Positions 48,062-57,157 of a stretch of 64,000 bases of DNA are shown piece after piece. The stretch lies in the NCBI GenBank assembly GCA_963750935.1, contig CAVVSR010000004.1, positions 20,829-84,828 of the forward strand, read 5' to 3'. The first letter of the stretch is position 1; each line of letters begins with the position of its first letter. The stretch comes from an uncultured Acidobacteriota bacterium (GTDB lineage Bacteria; Acidobacteriota; Vicinamibacteria; Vicinamibacterales; 2-12-FULL-66-21). A program made the translations under genes and the position numbers. The notes beneath the pieces were generated by a model. It worked only from the letters and a program-made list of their open reading frames with translations, was not told the origin of the DNA and ran no database searches.

Positions 48062-48635
48062 ATGAAGAAGCTCACAGTCTGGATAGCGTGCCACGGCCGT
48101 CATGCTGGTAACTGCGAACGTCGCGCTGGCGCAGGGCAAGAGCGGAGGGGTCAAGGCGAAAACCAAGATCACGACCGCGCCGGTCGCGAAGGGCGGAGCA
48201 CCCAAGGTGCAGGGCGGCGGTTCGCACGTCAAGCCGACGAAGCCGACGAAGCCGACGACGACCACGGCGAAGGCCGGCGGTACGAAGAAGTCCGCGACGT
48301 CGACGACGGTCAGCACGAAGTCGAAGTCGAGCAAGCCCGCCGGGACGAGTGAGACGACCACGGCCGTCACGCTGACGCCGGTCCAGCAGAAACTGCAGCG
48401 GAACACGAAGCTCGCGAGCAAGCTCGAGTCGAGGCTGCCGAAGGGCACCGACCTCATGACCGCCGCGGACGGCTTCAAGAATCTCGGCCAGTTCGTCGCC
48501 GCGGTCAACGCCTCCTACAACCACGATCTCGACTTCACGAAGCTCAAGACCGCCATGGTGGACGACGGGATGAGCCTCGGCCAGGCGATGAAGGAACAGC
48601 GCCCGCGAACCGTGACGAAGGACATCCGCCAGTGA
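48062..48635 (+). CDS. Exported Lys/Thr-rich hypothetical protein; frame break in the signal peptide at about 48088
   Basis: MKKLTVWIA / ..MLVTANVALAQG; GFKNLGQFVAAVNASYNHDLDFTKLK. Confidence 0.7.
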
Positions 48636-49540
48636 TCGCACGCGGCGCTCGGACTATGGCCGCCGCGATGCTGTGCTCGCTGCTCGGCGTGACGCTCGCC
48701 GCGGCGCAGGGACGCGGCAATGCCTTCGGCCACAACAAGCGGCCATCCGGTGCGGCAGCCACGTCGTCATCGTCTGCCACGGACATCGCGGTCCAGGACG
48801 GGTCGTCCATCGCCATGCCGGAAACGGGTGTGCGCGCGTTCGGATCATGGCTGGATGACGCGACGGTCATCGAGCCTGGCAGCGGCTACGTGAGCTTCTC
48901 AGCCGGCTACTGGCGCATGCCCGGCTTCACCGAGTTCGACGTTCCGGCATTCGACGTCGGCGTCGGCCTCGGACGGCGGCTGCAGGTTGGCGCCAGCGTG
49001 CCGGTCTATCACGCGCGCGAGCCAGGCGGCCCGATCTCGCGCGGCGTCGGCAATCTGGTGCTCACGGGGAAGGTGCAGTTGCGCGACCCGGCCGCTTCGC
49101 GCAGCCGCAGGCTCGGCGTTGCCGTGACGCCGATGCTCGAAGTGTCGAGCGTGGCTTCCGAACCGGGATCGAGCCGAACCAGCTGGGCCTTGCCGGCGTC
49201 CCTGGAGTGGCAAAGCCATCACTGGCGAGCCTACGGGAGCGTTGGCTACTTTTCCCGCGGCGCGATTTTTACGAGCGGCGCATTCGAATTACCCGTTTCG
49301 AATCGCACCTGGCTGACCGGCACGGTCAGTCAGTCCCGCTCGATCAAGGACGACGGCAGCGAGATGTCGGGAATTCCGAGAGTGAGGACCGACGTCAGCG
49401 GCGGCGCGACGTTCGCGGTGACCTCCACGATCGCCGTCTTCGGTTCGGCGGGCCGCACCCTGTCGCGGATCGATCCGAACCGCTCGAATCTCAGCCTGGT
49501 GGGGGGCGTGTCGATGAACTTCGCGGCCTGGCAGCCCTGA
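48632..49540 (+). CDS. Putative outer-membrane beta-barrel protein
   Basis: Signal peptide, amphipathic beta-strands, C-terminal GGVSMNF; GTGA overlap with the upstream gene. Confidence 0.6.
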   Translation: MIARGARTMAAAMLCSLLGVTLAAAQGRGNAFGHNKRPSGAAATSSSSATDIAVQDGSSIAMPETGVRAFGSWLDDATVIEPGSGYVSFSAGYWRMPGFTEFDVPAFDVGVGLGRRLQVGASVPVYHAREPGGPISRGVGNLVLTGKVQLRDPAASRSRRLGVAVTPMLEVSSVASEPGSSRTSWALPASLEWQSHHWRAYGSVGYFSRGAIFTSGAFELPVSNRTWLTGTVSQSRSIKDDGSEMSGIPRVRTDVSGGATFAVTSTIAVFGSAGRTLSRIDPNRSNLSLVGGVSMNFAAWQP

Positions 49541-49543
49541 CCT

Positions 49544-49559
49544 CGGCATTTCCCTTGCT
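49544..49559 (+). promoter_or_regulatory. Putative sigma-54 promoter
   Basis: CGGCATTTCCCTTGCT, about 30 nt upstream of GGAGG-ATG 49591. Confidence 0.6.
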
Positions 49560-49590
49560 CTGGTCTTCTCAGCTCGACAGGGAGGACGTT

Positions 49591-49779
49591 ATGAGTGGGG
49601 CCGTCGAGGCCGAACCGATTCAGGAGCGGCGGGATTCGAACGGGCAGGATTCGAACCGGCGCGCCGTCAGCCGAGGCGGGCGGCGGCAAAACGATCGGAA
49701 GTTTCCGTGGTGGCGCGGCGGTCTGGCCTTCACCGCGTTGTGTATGGCTCTTCGCTGCTGGCGCTGGGTGCGCCGATAG
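49591..49779 (+). CDS. Small Arg-rich membrane-anchored protein
   Basis: GGAGG RBS; MSGAVEAEPIQERRDSNGQDSNRRAVSRGGRRQNDRKFPWWRGGLAFTALC... Confidence 0.6.
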   Translation: MSGAVEAEPIQERRDSNGQDSNRRAVSRGGRRQNDRKFPWWRGGLAFTALCMALRCWRWVRR

Positions 49780-49968
49780 TTATCTTTCGCGCTGAACCAT
49801 CAGCGAGCCGGCCAGGTCACGGGCGTACCGCCACGCGGCGCTGGCGGACCTGACCGGTTGCTGCCAGACGAGTTCGCCGTCGCGGAAGATGCGGAGCATC
49901 CAGCCGCCGCAGTCGTCCACGAACTCGCAATAGAACTGACCTTCCCACCAGCGCAGCGCGATCTCCAT
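49780..49968 (-). CDS. Small hypothetical protein
   Basis: AGGAGG RBS, 62 aa, upstream sigma-54-like box. Confidence 0.6.
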   Translation of the reverse strand: MEIALRWWEGQFYCEFVDDCGGWMLRIFRDGELVWQQPVRSASAAWRYARDLAGSLMVQRER

Positions 49969-49986
49969 TGTGGTGCGCTGCCCTCC

Positions 49987-50002
49987 TGCAAGCTCGTCAC
50001 CA
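49987..50002 (-). promoter_or_regulatory. Putative sigma-54 promoter
   Basis: TGGTGACGAGCTTGCA is GG-N10-GC with TTGCA. Confidence 0.45.
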
Positions 50003-50100
50003 GCCGCACCGCGCGATCTGGGCCCGGATATCGGTTCAGGATGGCATACCGGTGCGACGATTCCGATACGCCGCGGAAAACTTTACACGTCAGGAGCCCG

Positions 50101-50394
50101 TCAGCTGCGTGCCGCCACCGGCGCATTGGCCGTCGTCGGATCGATGACTGCCCGGACCTCCTCGACCCGGGTGATCGGGAACTTGCCGCGCGACGCGTGC
50201 TCCCGCAGCAGCTCCTCGTTGTCGGCGAGGTAGACGCAGGTAATCGCGTTGTCGGTCACAAAGCTCTGAATCCATTGAATCTGTGGCCCCATTTGGGCCA
50301 GGACGGCGTTCGACCGCGCGGCAATTCCGCGCAGGTCGTCGGCGGTCAGCTTGCCGGCGTCGGGAATGTGTCGCTCGATCAGATACTTCGGCAT
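50101..50394 (-). CDS. DUF4242-family protein
   Basis: MPKYLIER, QWIQSFVT...CVYLADNEELLREHA..G.FP.TRVEEV; AAGGAG RBS. Confidence 0.85.
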   Translation of the reverse strand: MPKYLIERHIPDAGKLTADDLRGIAARSNAVLAQMGPQIQWIQSFVTDNAITCVYLADNEELLREHASRGKFPITRVEEVRAVIDPTTANAPVAARS

Positions 50395-50613
50395 TCGATC
50401 TCTCCTTCGGCGTTCAACACGGACCAGCATACTGCCGTGGACGATCCCAGCGTTGCCGTTGGTTCAGTTTCGCTCCATTTCGACCGATCTGTTGAGCTCA
50501 GGTCGGTAACAAAGGCGTAACGACCGGTTGAATGCGGAGCGCCCGAGGCCTATATTAGGCGCGTCGCCCGCGCCTGCGCGGGTCCATTGGGTCGGTTGGG
50601 TCGATTCGGGCTC

Positions 50614-51051
50614 ATGCTCATGACGCGCGACGAGATCTTCGCCCTCTTCGGCCGCCGCGAGGCTGCCTGGCGCGCGCACGACGCCGCGGCCCTCGCCGCC
50701 GACCACCACCCGAACGGCGTGGTCGTCAGCCCGACCGGCGGCGTACTGGAAGGGCGCGAGGCGATCGAGCACATCTACCGGGTCTGGCTCACCGCCTTTC
50801 CTGATCTGATCTTTCTCCACGAAGACGTCCTCGTTGACGACGACCGCGTCGCGGCGCTGTGCCGCGTCGCCGGCACGCACGGCGGCGAGTTCTTCGGCGT
50901 CGCGCCGACCGGACGCCGCCTCGAGATTCCGGCGGTGTTCGTCTACCGCTTCGAGCGCGGGCTGATCATGCACGAGCGCCGCATCCTGGATTTCACGGGT
51001 GTGCTGATACAGGTGGGCGTGCTTCGCGCGAAGCCTGCCGGCGGACTCTAA
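50614..51051 (+). CDS. SnoaL-like ester cyclase / NTF2-like protein
   Basis: GREAI...AFPDL, GTHGGEFFGVAPTGRRL. Confidence 0.85.
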   Translation: MLMTRDEIFALFGRREAAWRAHDAAALAADHHPNGVVVSPTGGVLEGREAIEHIYRVWLTAFPDLIFLHEDVLVDDDRVAALCRVAGTHGGEFFGVAPTGRRLEIPAVFVYRFERGLIMHERRILDFTGVLIQVGVLRAKPAGGL

Positions 51052-51058
51052 AAGAGCC

Positions 51059-51210
51059 TCAACTCCCAACCTCCAACTCCCAACGCCCAAGACGGAGCCG
51101 TTCGACGCAGCCGGGTGGAAGTCGACACGACACAGCTAAGCGTGACGGCTTCAACTCCGCTGAATCGAGCCATCCGTCTTGGGAGTTGGGAGTTGGAGGT
51201 TGGGAGTTGA
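51059..51210. repeat. AACTCCC/GGGAGTT-armed hairpin element, copy C
   Basis: 38-bp terminal inverted repeats with 1 mismatch; core ttcgacgcagccgggtggaagtcgacacga. Confidence 0.85.
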
Positions 51211-51260
51211 CGAAGTTCGAAGTTGAGAGGCGCGAGCCGAAGCCCGCGCCTCCATGCGCC

Positions 51261-54164
51261 TTAGAAGCCGACTCTGACGCCGAACCGCAGGATGCGGGGG
51301 CTGAGGTTCTGTGTCAGCTGGCCGAAGTTCGGGTTGGTCAGATTGCGCTGCCGGTTGAGCTCGGTGTTCGCGTTCATGACGTTGAACAGGTCGGCGATCA
51401 GCTGCACGTTGACCCGCTGCGTATCGAACGTCTTGGCGCCGCGCAGATCGAGGTTCCACAGGTTGTCGAAGCGGAACGTATCGATCTCCGGGGAGACCAG
51501 CACGCGCATGCTGCCGTCGAGGCCGAGCGGGGCGCTGACGAAGATCGGATAGGGATTGCCCTGCCGGCCGAACAGGTTGCCGGCGAGCTCGATGCTCCAT
51601 GGCAGCTGGTACACGCCGTTGACGTTGACCTGCCACCTGCCGTTGACGAACACGTCGCCGGATCCGCTCCCCGAGCTGCGCGGCGCGAGCGCGCCGCCGT
51701 CGACCAGCGGGCTGCTCTCGTAGCGGGTCGGGTTGCCGAGCGCGTTGCGGCGATCGCCGTCCCAGTGCTCGCGCGGATCGTTCCAGCCGAACCCGGCGCG
51801 CATCATCCAGCGATTGGACAGCCGCTTCACCAGCGACACTTCGATCCCGTTGTAGCTGGTCGAGTAGCCCTCGTAGTTGCGCAGCTCGCGGCCGTTGCCG
51901 TTCGCCGCGGCCAGGCTCTCGAGCGGCGCGTAGGTCGGATAGCTGAAGGTCGAGCCGTCGGGCAGCGTGCCGGACACGGTGCCGTTCTGGTAGTAGTCGG
52001 CGGCGGTCAGGCCTCGCCACGGAATGAACGACAAGCCATACGGATCGACGGCGCCGTTGAGGCCGACGTAGTCGCTCGAACGGCTCCAGCTGTAGTTCGC
52101 CTGCAGCGCCAGGTTCGGCGCCAGCTCGCGCTCGATGCCGAGGATGAGGCCGGTCGTCACCGGCGCCTTGAGATTCGGGCCGAAGCTGTCGGCGGACGTG
52201 ACCGCGCTGGGAGCGTCCGGGTTGAAGCCGTTGCCCGGCGCGATGAACCCGCGATCGAGCAGCACTTCGTTGCCCTGCACGAACAGGTCGTTGTTGAGAT
52301 CGACCCATGGGTAGTCGACGTAGCCGGCGCTCGCGGTGGGGTTGCTGAAGCCGATGATGGTCTCATCGAGCTGGCCGGCGTAGCGGCTGAAATTCGCGCG
52401 CAGGATCGTCTTCGGATCGAGCGCCCAGGTCGCGCCGACGCGCGGGTGCAGCGTGTTCCAGGAGAACGGCGCGTCGTAGCCGGAGAACTCGATGCCGGGC
52501 ACGAGCGCGGAGAACTCGGGGTTCGACTGCGTGCTGCTCGGCAGCGCCGATCCCGACTGGCGATCGAACCGGACGCCGGCGTCCAGCGTCAGCCGGCCGC
52601 GGCTGAAGGTGTCGCCGACATAGAAGCTCAGATACTCCGTCCGGTTGGTGCCGAGCCCCTCGCGGTAGATGCGCGCGAACTGATCGGTGGCCGATTCGTC
52701 GTTGGCCTGGATCATGTTCCCGGGCCACAGCTCCTGGCTGGTCGCGTCGTGACGCCGCCAGCCGAACCCGATCTTGAGATCGTGTGAGCCGCCGAACGCG
52801 TTGCGGAAGTGATTGGCGTCGAAGGTGAGGATCGTCTGCGGCCGCAGGAAGCGCAGCGCCCGCGTGGTGCCGAACGCCTGTCCGAGGCGCGTGCTGACCG
52901 ACGCCTGGCCGTCCAGCCCGCCGGCCGGCTCGAGGCTGAAGCCGGTGCCGTAGTACGCGAACTTCGACGACAGGAACGTGGTCGGCGTAAAGGTGTGGTT
53001 GTTCTCGAACTTGAGCAGCCCGTGCGGGCGGTTCTCCGGATAGCGGTTGCCCTGGTTCCAGGTCGCGGTCGGCGCCAGCACCTGCGCGTCGCCGGTGCCG
53101 CGGCCGAACTTCTGCTTCTCGCCGTTGAACCAGAGCACGTTGATCATGTCGCTCTCGGCCGCCTGCCAGGTGCCCTTCACGTTGTAGGTCTTGAGGATCG
53201 TGCGGTCGACCAGGTTGCCGGCCGATCGAATGAGGCGGATGTCCTGCTTCGTCCACGAGCCCCATGCCCAGGCGCGGTTCCGCAGGATCGGGCCGCCGAG
53301 ATCGAATCCGTAGTCGCTGATCTGATCGTTGTGATTCGCCGTCTCGGGCGTGACGCCGATCGCCGCGAGCTCGTCCGGCACGTTCGAGGCCTCGAGCCCA
53401 TCGCCGGTGAAGTAGCCGCGCGCGGTTCCGCGATACTGATTGGTGCCGCTCTTGACGACGAAGTTCAGGCCGGCGCCGCCGGTCTGCTGCTTCAGGCTCT
53501 GACCGGACGTCGCGATCTGGATCTCCTGGAACGCGTCGAAGTCGAAGTAGGTCGGCGAGCCGCCGGTCGCGGACATGTCGGTGATGACCACGCCGTCCAT
53601 CGTCCAGACGGTGTCGTAGCGGCTGCTGCCCTTGGACGCGAAGTTCGACTGCTGCCCGGTCTCGTTGCCGGCGATGTTCACGCGATCCATCTGCACGCCG
53701 GGGACCGTGCGCAGCAGGGCCCACGGGTCGCGCGAGGTCGGGATCTTGCTCAGCTCGTCCTGCGTGAAGTTGGTGGCCGTGCCGGTCGCGCGCGCGTCGA
53801 TGACCGGCGTGCCGCCTTCCACGGTGATGCTCTCCTGCACGGTCGCGACGCGCATGCTGAACGGGAGATCGACCGTGGCGCCGACGGCCACCAGCACGTT
53901 GTCGCGCACCAGCGTCGCGAAGCCGTTCATCTCCGCCGTCACCTTGTAGGCGCCGGGAGGCACGTTCAAGAAGCGGTAGCGCCCGTCCTCCTGCGTCACG
54001 AAGGTCAGCGTCCGATCCGGTCCGGCCATCGTGATCGTCACGCCTGGAAGCATGCCGCCCTGCTGATCCTGCACGATGCCGGTGATGGTGCCGCTCTGCT
54101 CCTGGGCCCGCGCCGGCGCGGCCAGCGCCACGGCGAGGGCGAGCAGCAAACACATTCTTCTCAT
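51261..54164 (-). CDS. Oar-like TonB-dependent receptor with carboxypeptidase-regulatory N-domain
   Basis: Signal peptide, GTITGIVQDQQGGMLPGVTI, IPTSRDPW, DFDAFQEIQI, C-terminal SPRILRFGVRVGF. Confidence 0.93.
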   Translation of the reverse strand: MRRMCLLLALAVALAAPARAQEQSGTITGIVQDQQGGMLPGVTITMAGPDRTLTFVTQEDGRYRFLNVPPGAYKVTAEMNGFATLVRDNVLVAVGATVDLPFSMRVATVQESITVEGGTPVIDARATGTATNFTQDELSKIPTSRDPWALLRTVPGVQMDRVNIAGNETGQQSNFASKGSSRYDTVWTMDGVVITDMSATGGSPTYFDFDAFQEIQIATSGQSLKQQTGGAGLNFVVKSGTNQYRGTARGYFTGDGLEASNVPDELAAIGVTPETANHNDQISDYGFDLGGPILRNRAWAWGSWTKQDIRLIRSAGNLVDRTILKTYNVKGTWQAAESDMINVLWFNGEKQKFGRGTGDAQVLAPTATWNQGNRYPENRPHGLLKFENNHTFTPTTFLSSKFAYYGTGFSLEPAGGLDGQASVSTRLGQAFGTTRALRFLRPQTILTFDANHFRNAFGGSHDLKIGFGWRRHDATSQELWPGNMIQANDESATDQFARIYREGLGTNRTEYLSFYVGDTFSRGRLTLDAGVRFDRQSGSALPSSTQSNPEFSALVPGIEFSGYDAPFSWNTLHPRVGATWALDPKTILRANFSRYAGQLDETIIGFSNPTASAGYVDYPWVDLNNDLFVQGNEVLLDRGFIAPGNGFNPDAPSAVTSADSFGPNLKAPVTTGLILGIERELAPNLALQANYSWSRSSDYVGLNGAVDPYGLSFIPWRGLTAADYYQNGTVSGTLPDGSTFSYPTYAPLESLAAANGNGRELRNYEGYSTSYNGIEVSLVKRLSNRWMMRAGFGWNDPREHWDGDRRNALGNPTRYESSPLVDGGALAPRSSGSGSGDVFVNGRWQVNVNGVYQLPWSIELAGNLFGRQGNPYPIFVSAPLGLDGSMRVLVSPEIDTFRFDNLWNLDLRGAKTFDTQRVNVQLIADLFNVMNANTELNRQRNLTNPNFGQLTQNLSPRILRFGVRVGF

Positions 54165-54280
54165 GACCCGTCTCCTTCGAATCGCTGTGTGCGCCATCTC
54201 ACGCGGAGGTGCCCGAGGACGCGCACGTGAACGGTGAGCGCGGCGCGTGACCGTGCGCGCCGGCTCGTGGCGCTGCACAG

Positions 54281-54296
54281 AGCACCCGATGTGCCA
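54281..54296 (-). promoter_or_regulatory. Putative sigma-54 promoter of the TonB receptor
   Basis: TGGCACATCGGGTGCT (TGGCAC, GG-N10-GC), about 115 nt upstream of the start. Confidence 0.6.
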
Positions 54297-54540
54297 CGCA
54301 GAGGCACGAAAGACGGCCGTATTCATTGGCATTTCATTGATGTCGCCATCCGACACTTCAAGCGATTGAAGGGCACGGCTCGCCGCGCGCACCGCGGCAC
54401 AGACCACGGCCGAGCCGAGCCATCACACCGCTCGTCTCAGTTGCAGGTGGCAGGTGGTGAGACGCCGTCCGGACGTGATGGCGTCAGGGGTGAGACGTGT
54501 GGTGGGAGGAGGTGCCGGAGGTTCAAGGAATTGAATGGGC

Positions 54541-54773
54541 GATCTACGGCACGGGAGTGCAGCCAACGGAGGAGGTACGGAGAGACTGCTGCCGGGCGCC
54601 GGCCTTTGGCCGGCGAAGACTGACGGATGAACGACCGAAAACGCAAGCGCGCAATTGGGTCGCTTGTGTTTTCGGGCGATTCATCCGGCAGTCTTGCGCG
54701 CGAAGCGCGCCCCGGCAGCTGACCGAATTTCTCCGTTGATCTTCGTTGGCTCCGTTGCTCCGTTGTTGAGATC
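54541..54773. repeat. Multi-branched palindromic element (REP/MITE-like or structured RNA)
   Basis: Central ~34-bp stem 54616-54695, side hairpins gccggcctttggccggc and gcgcgcgaagcgcgc, closing stem gctgccggg/cccggcagc. Confidence 0.7.
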
Positions 54774-54801
54774 CGATGCCTCCGTACAGCTCCGATGTCT
54801 C

Positions 54802-55674
54802 TCAGCGCGTGCCCGGGCGCTTCTCACGGGGCACGTCGACGGCGGCCTCGAACCGCTTGGCGAAGGCGGTGAACTCCGGGCGCGGGCCGCCCCAGCGCAG
54901 CTGCTCGACCGACTCGAAGAGCGGGATATACGTGCGCAGCGTCGCGAGATCGCGGAACAGGAACGCCAGATCGCGATCGCGCGCGAACGTGCGCGCCAGC
55001 GCCGCGGGGCTGGCGGCATTGACGTGCCAGGTGCGCCAGTCCTCCGGGATCGCCTCGAGGTGACCGAACCGCGCCAGCACCGCCGCGCTCGACTTCGCTC
55101 CCCAGCCAGCCAGCCCCGGGTAGCCATCGGACGAATCGCCGACCAGCGCGAGGTAGTCGGGAATCGAGACCGGCGGCACGCCGAACTTCGCCGCCACACC
55201 CGCCTCGTTCATGATGGCGTTGGTCCGGCGGTTCAACTGGACGATGCGGTCGCCGCGGACGCACTGCGCGAGATCCTTGTCAGGCGTGCAGATGATCACG
55301 CGGTCGACGTTCGCGTCCGCGGCCGCCGCCACCGCCGCCGCGGCAAGCGCGTCGTCCGCCTCGAACTCGATCATCGGCCACACCGCGACGCCGAGCGCCG
55401 ACAGCGCCTCCTCGAGCAGGCCGAACTGCGACAGCAGCAGCGGATCGACGCCCGCCCCCGTCTTGTAGCCCGGCCACATGCCGTTCCGGAACGACTCGAT
55501 CACGTGATCGGTCGCCACGCCGACATGCGTGGCGCCGCGATTGATCATGCCGAGGATCGACGTGACGACGCCGCGGACCGCACCCACTTCGTGGCCGTCG
55601 CGATCCTTGGCGGAAGGCACGGCGTAGAAGTGGCGGAACAGCTCGTAGGTGCCGTCGACCAGGTGGATGTCCAA
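54802..55674 (-). CDS. Stand-alone 5'-3' exonuclease / flap endonuclease (PolA N-domain-like)
   Basis: HLVDGTYELFR, FRN..WPGYK, EADD, TPDKDLAQ, DYLALVGDSSDGYPGLAGWGAKS. Confidence 0.92.
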   Translation of the reverse strand: MDIHLVDGTYELFRHFYAVPSAKDRDGHEVGAVRGVVTSILGMINRGATHVGVATDHVIESFRNGMWPGYKTGAGVDPLLLSQFGLLEEALSALGVAVWPMIEFEADDALAAAAVAAAADANVDRVIICTPDKDLAQCVRGDRIVQLNRRTNAIMNEAGVAAKFGVPPVSIPDYLALVGDSSDGYPGLAGWGAKSSAAVLARFGHLEAIPEDWRTWHVNAASPAALARTFARDRDLAFLFRDLATLRTYIPLFESVEQLRWGGPRPEFTAFAKRFEAAVDVPREKRPGTR

Positions 55675-55688
55675 GGGCGCCAGTATAC

Positions 55689-55772
55689 GGTGCTGGGTGC
55701 TCGGTGCTGGGTGCTGGGTGCTGGGTGCTGGGAGTGCTTGGGAGTTGGAGTTGGGAGTTGGGGGTTAGAGGT
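55689..55772. repeat. GTGCTGG plus GGGAGTT heptamer array
   Basis: ggtgctgggtgctcggtgctgggtgctgggtgctggg...ttgggagttggagttgggagttgg. Confidence 0.75.
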
Positions 55773-56960
55773 TAGACCCACTTCTCCTGCCATCCCCCGG
55801 CCGGCGGATGGGCGAACCGGGCGAGGGCGAAGCCGGAGTCGATGGCGGCGTCGCGCATGATGCCGGATGCGACCAGCTCGCCGACGGCGGGGCCGAGCTT
55901 GAAGCCGTGGCCGGATCCGCCGCCGACCAGCCACACGTTGCTGGCGGCGGGGTGGCGGTCGACGATCAGGTCGGCATCGGGCGACGCTTCGTACTGGCAG
56001 ACTTCGGAGCCGACCAGCGGGGCCGCGGCCATCGCGGGAAACCGGCGTGCCAGGTAACGGCGCATCGCCGTCACGCCGGATGGCGTCACGTCGCGTTCGG
56101 CGCTCGTCGGATCGATCGACGGCTCCGGCGCGATCGTCGGCGACCTTGAAGCCGCGGTAGGCGTTGCCGGGGACGCCATAGATCTGGTTCGCGGCGAAGT
56201 CGATCCAGGCCGGCAGCGTCGCGTCGGTGAACCGCGCGTCGCCGGCCGGCGGTCCGAAGTAATAGACCTCCTGCCGCGTCGGCGTGATCAGGTGGCCCAG
56301 CACGTCGGGGACGAGCGAGGCCAGCCAGGGACCGGCGGCACAGACGAAGACGTCGGCCTCGAGCCGCGAGCCGTCCACCAGCGCCAGCCGCCCGTCGCGG
56401 AGCGCGGCGACGTCGAGAGGATGTGCGGCCGCGGCGAGCCGGTAGGTTCCGCCTTCGCGCTGAAGCTGTGCGATCACGTCCTCGCACGCGCGGCGGGCCA
56501 TCAGGTACCCGGCCTCCGCTTCGAACATGATCGTGGCGACGTCGCGGAAATCGACCTGCGGATAACGCGCGGCGGCCTCGTCGGCGGACAGCGCGACCAG
56601 CGACCCGCCCTGCGACGCCACCGCCGCGGCAGAAGCCTCCGCGAACGCGCGCGCGGGCGCGGAGTCGTCGAACAGCCACAGCACGCCGGTCGGATGCAGG
56701 ATGCGGCGCTGCACGTGCGTCTCGAGCTCCCGCCACCGCACCAGCGCGCGCATCGTCATCTTCGTGTATTGCACGCGCGACCCATAGGTCGCACGAATGA
56801 CGCGCGTCTCGCCGCCGGAGCTCGCCCTGACGTTCCCAGGTCCCCAGGCATCGATCACGGTGACGTCAGCCCCCTGCCGCCGCAGCTCGAGCCCCGTCCA
56901 TCCGCCGAAGGCGCCGGCCCCGACGACGACGATGCGCGGGGGACGCGCGATGTGAGTCAC
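55772..56960 (-). CDS. FAD-dependent oxidoreductase, monomeric sarcosine oxidase/SolA-like; frame break at about 56122
   Basis: VVVGAGAFGG, SSGGETRVIR, AAGPW; then CQYEASPD and GGGSGHGFKLGP. Confidence 0.88.
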
Positions 56961-57136
56961 TCGGACCCGTCCCCCCGAACCACCTCGACCCAGCGGTCGC
57001 CCTGGTCGTCGGTGACGCGCACCAGCCACGGATTGCAGCACACCTCGCAATCTTGAACGAACTGCCCGCGAACGTCCGGCTCGACGTAGATCTCCCCTTC
57101 TTCGCCGCAATACGGACACGTCACCACGAACTCCAC
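56957..57136 (-). CDS. CPXCG-motif cysteine-rich protein, 59 aa (not in the ORF track)
   Basis: Hand translation: VEFVVTCPYCGEEGEIYVEPDVRGQFVQDCEVCCNPW...; GTGA overlap with the oxidase start. Confidence 0.88.
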   Translation of the reverse strand: MEFVVTCPYCGEEGEIYVEPDVRGQFVQDCEVCCNPWLVRVTDDQGDRWVEVVRGDGSE

Positions 57137-57157
57137 GACCGACCATTATCCACGGCT

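Noticed and set aside
54430-54540. tRNA-like fragment (ggaggttcaa)
   Set aside because: No cloverleaf, acceptor stem or anticodon arm can be built.
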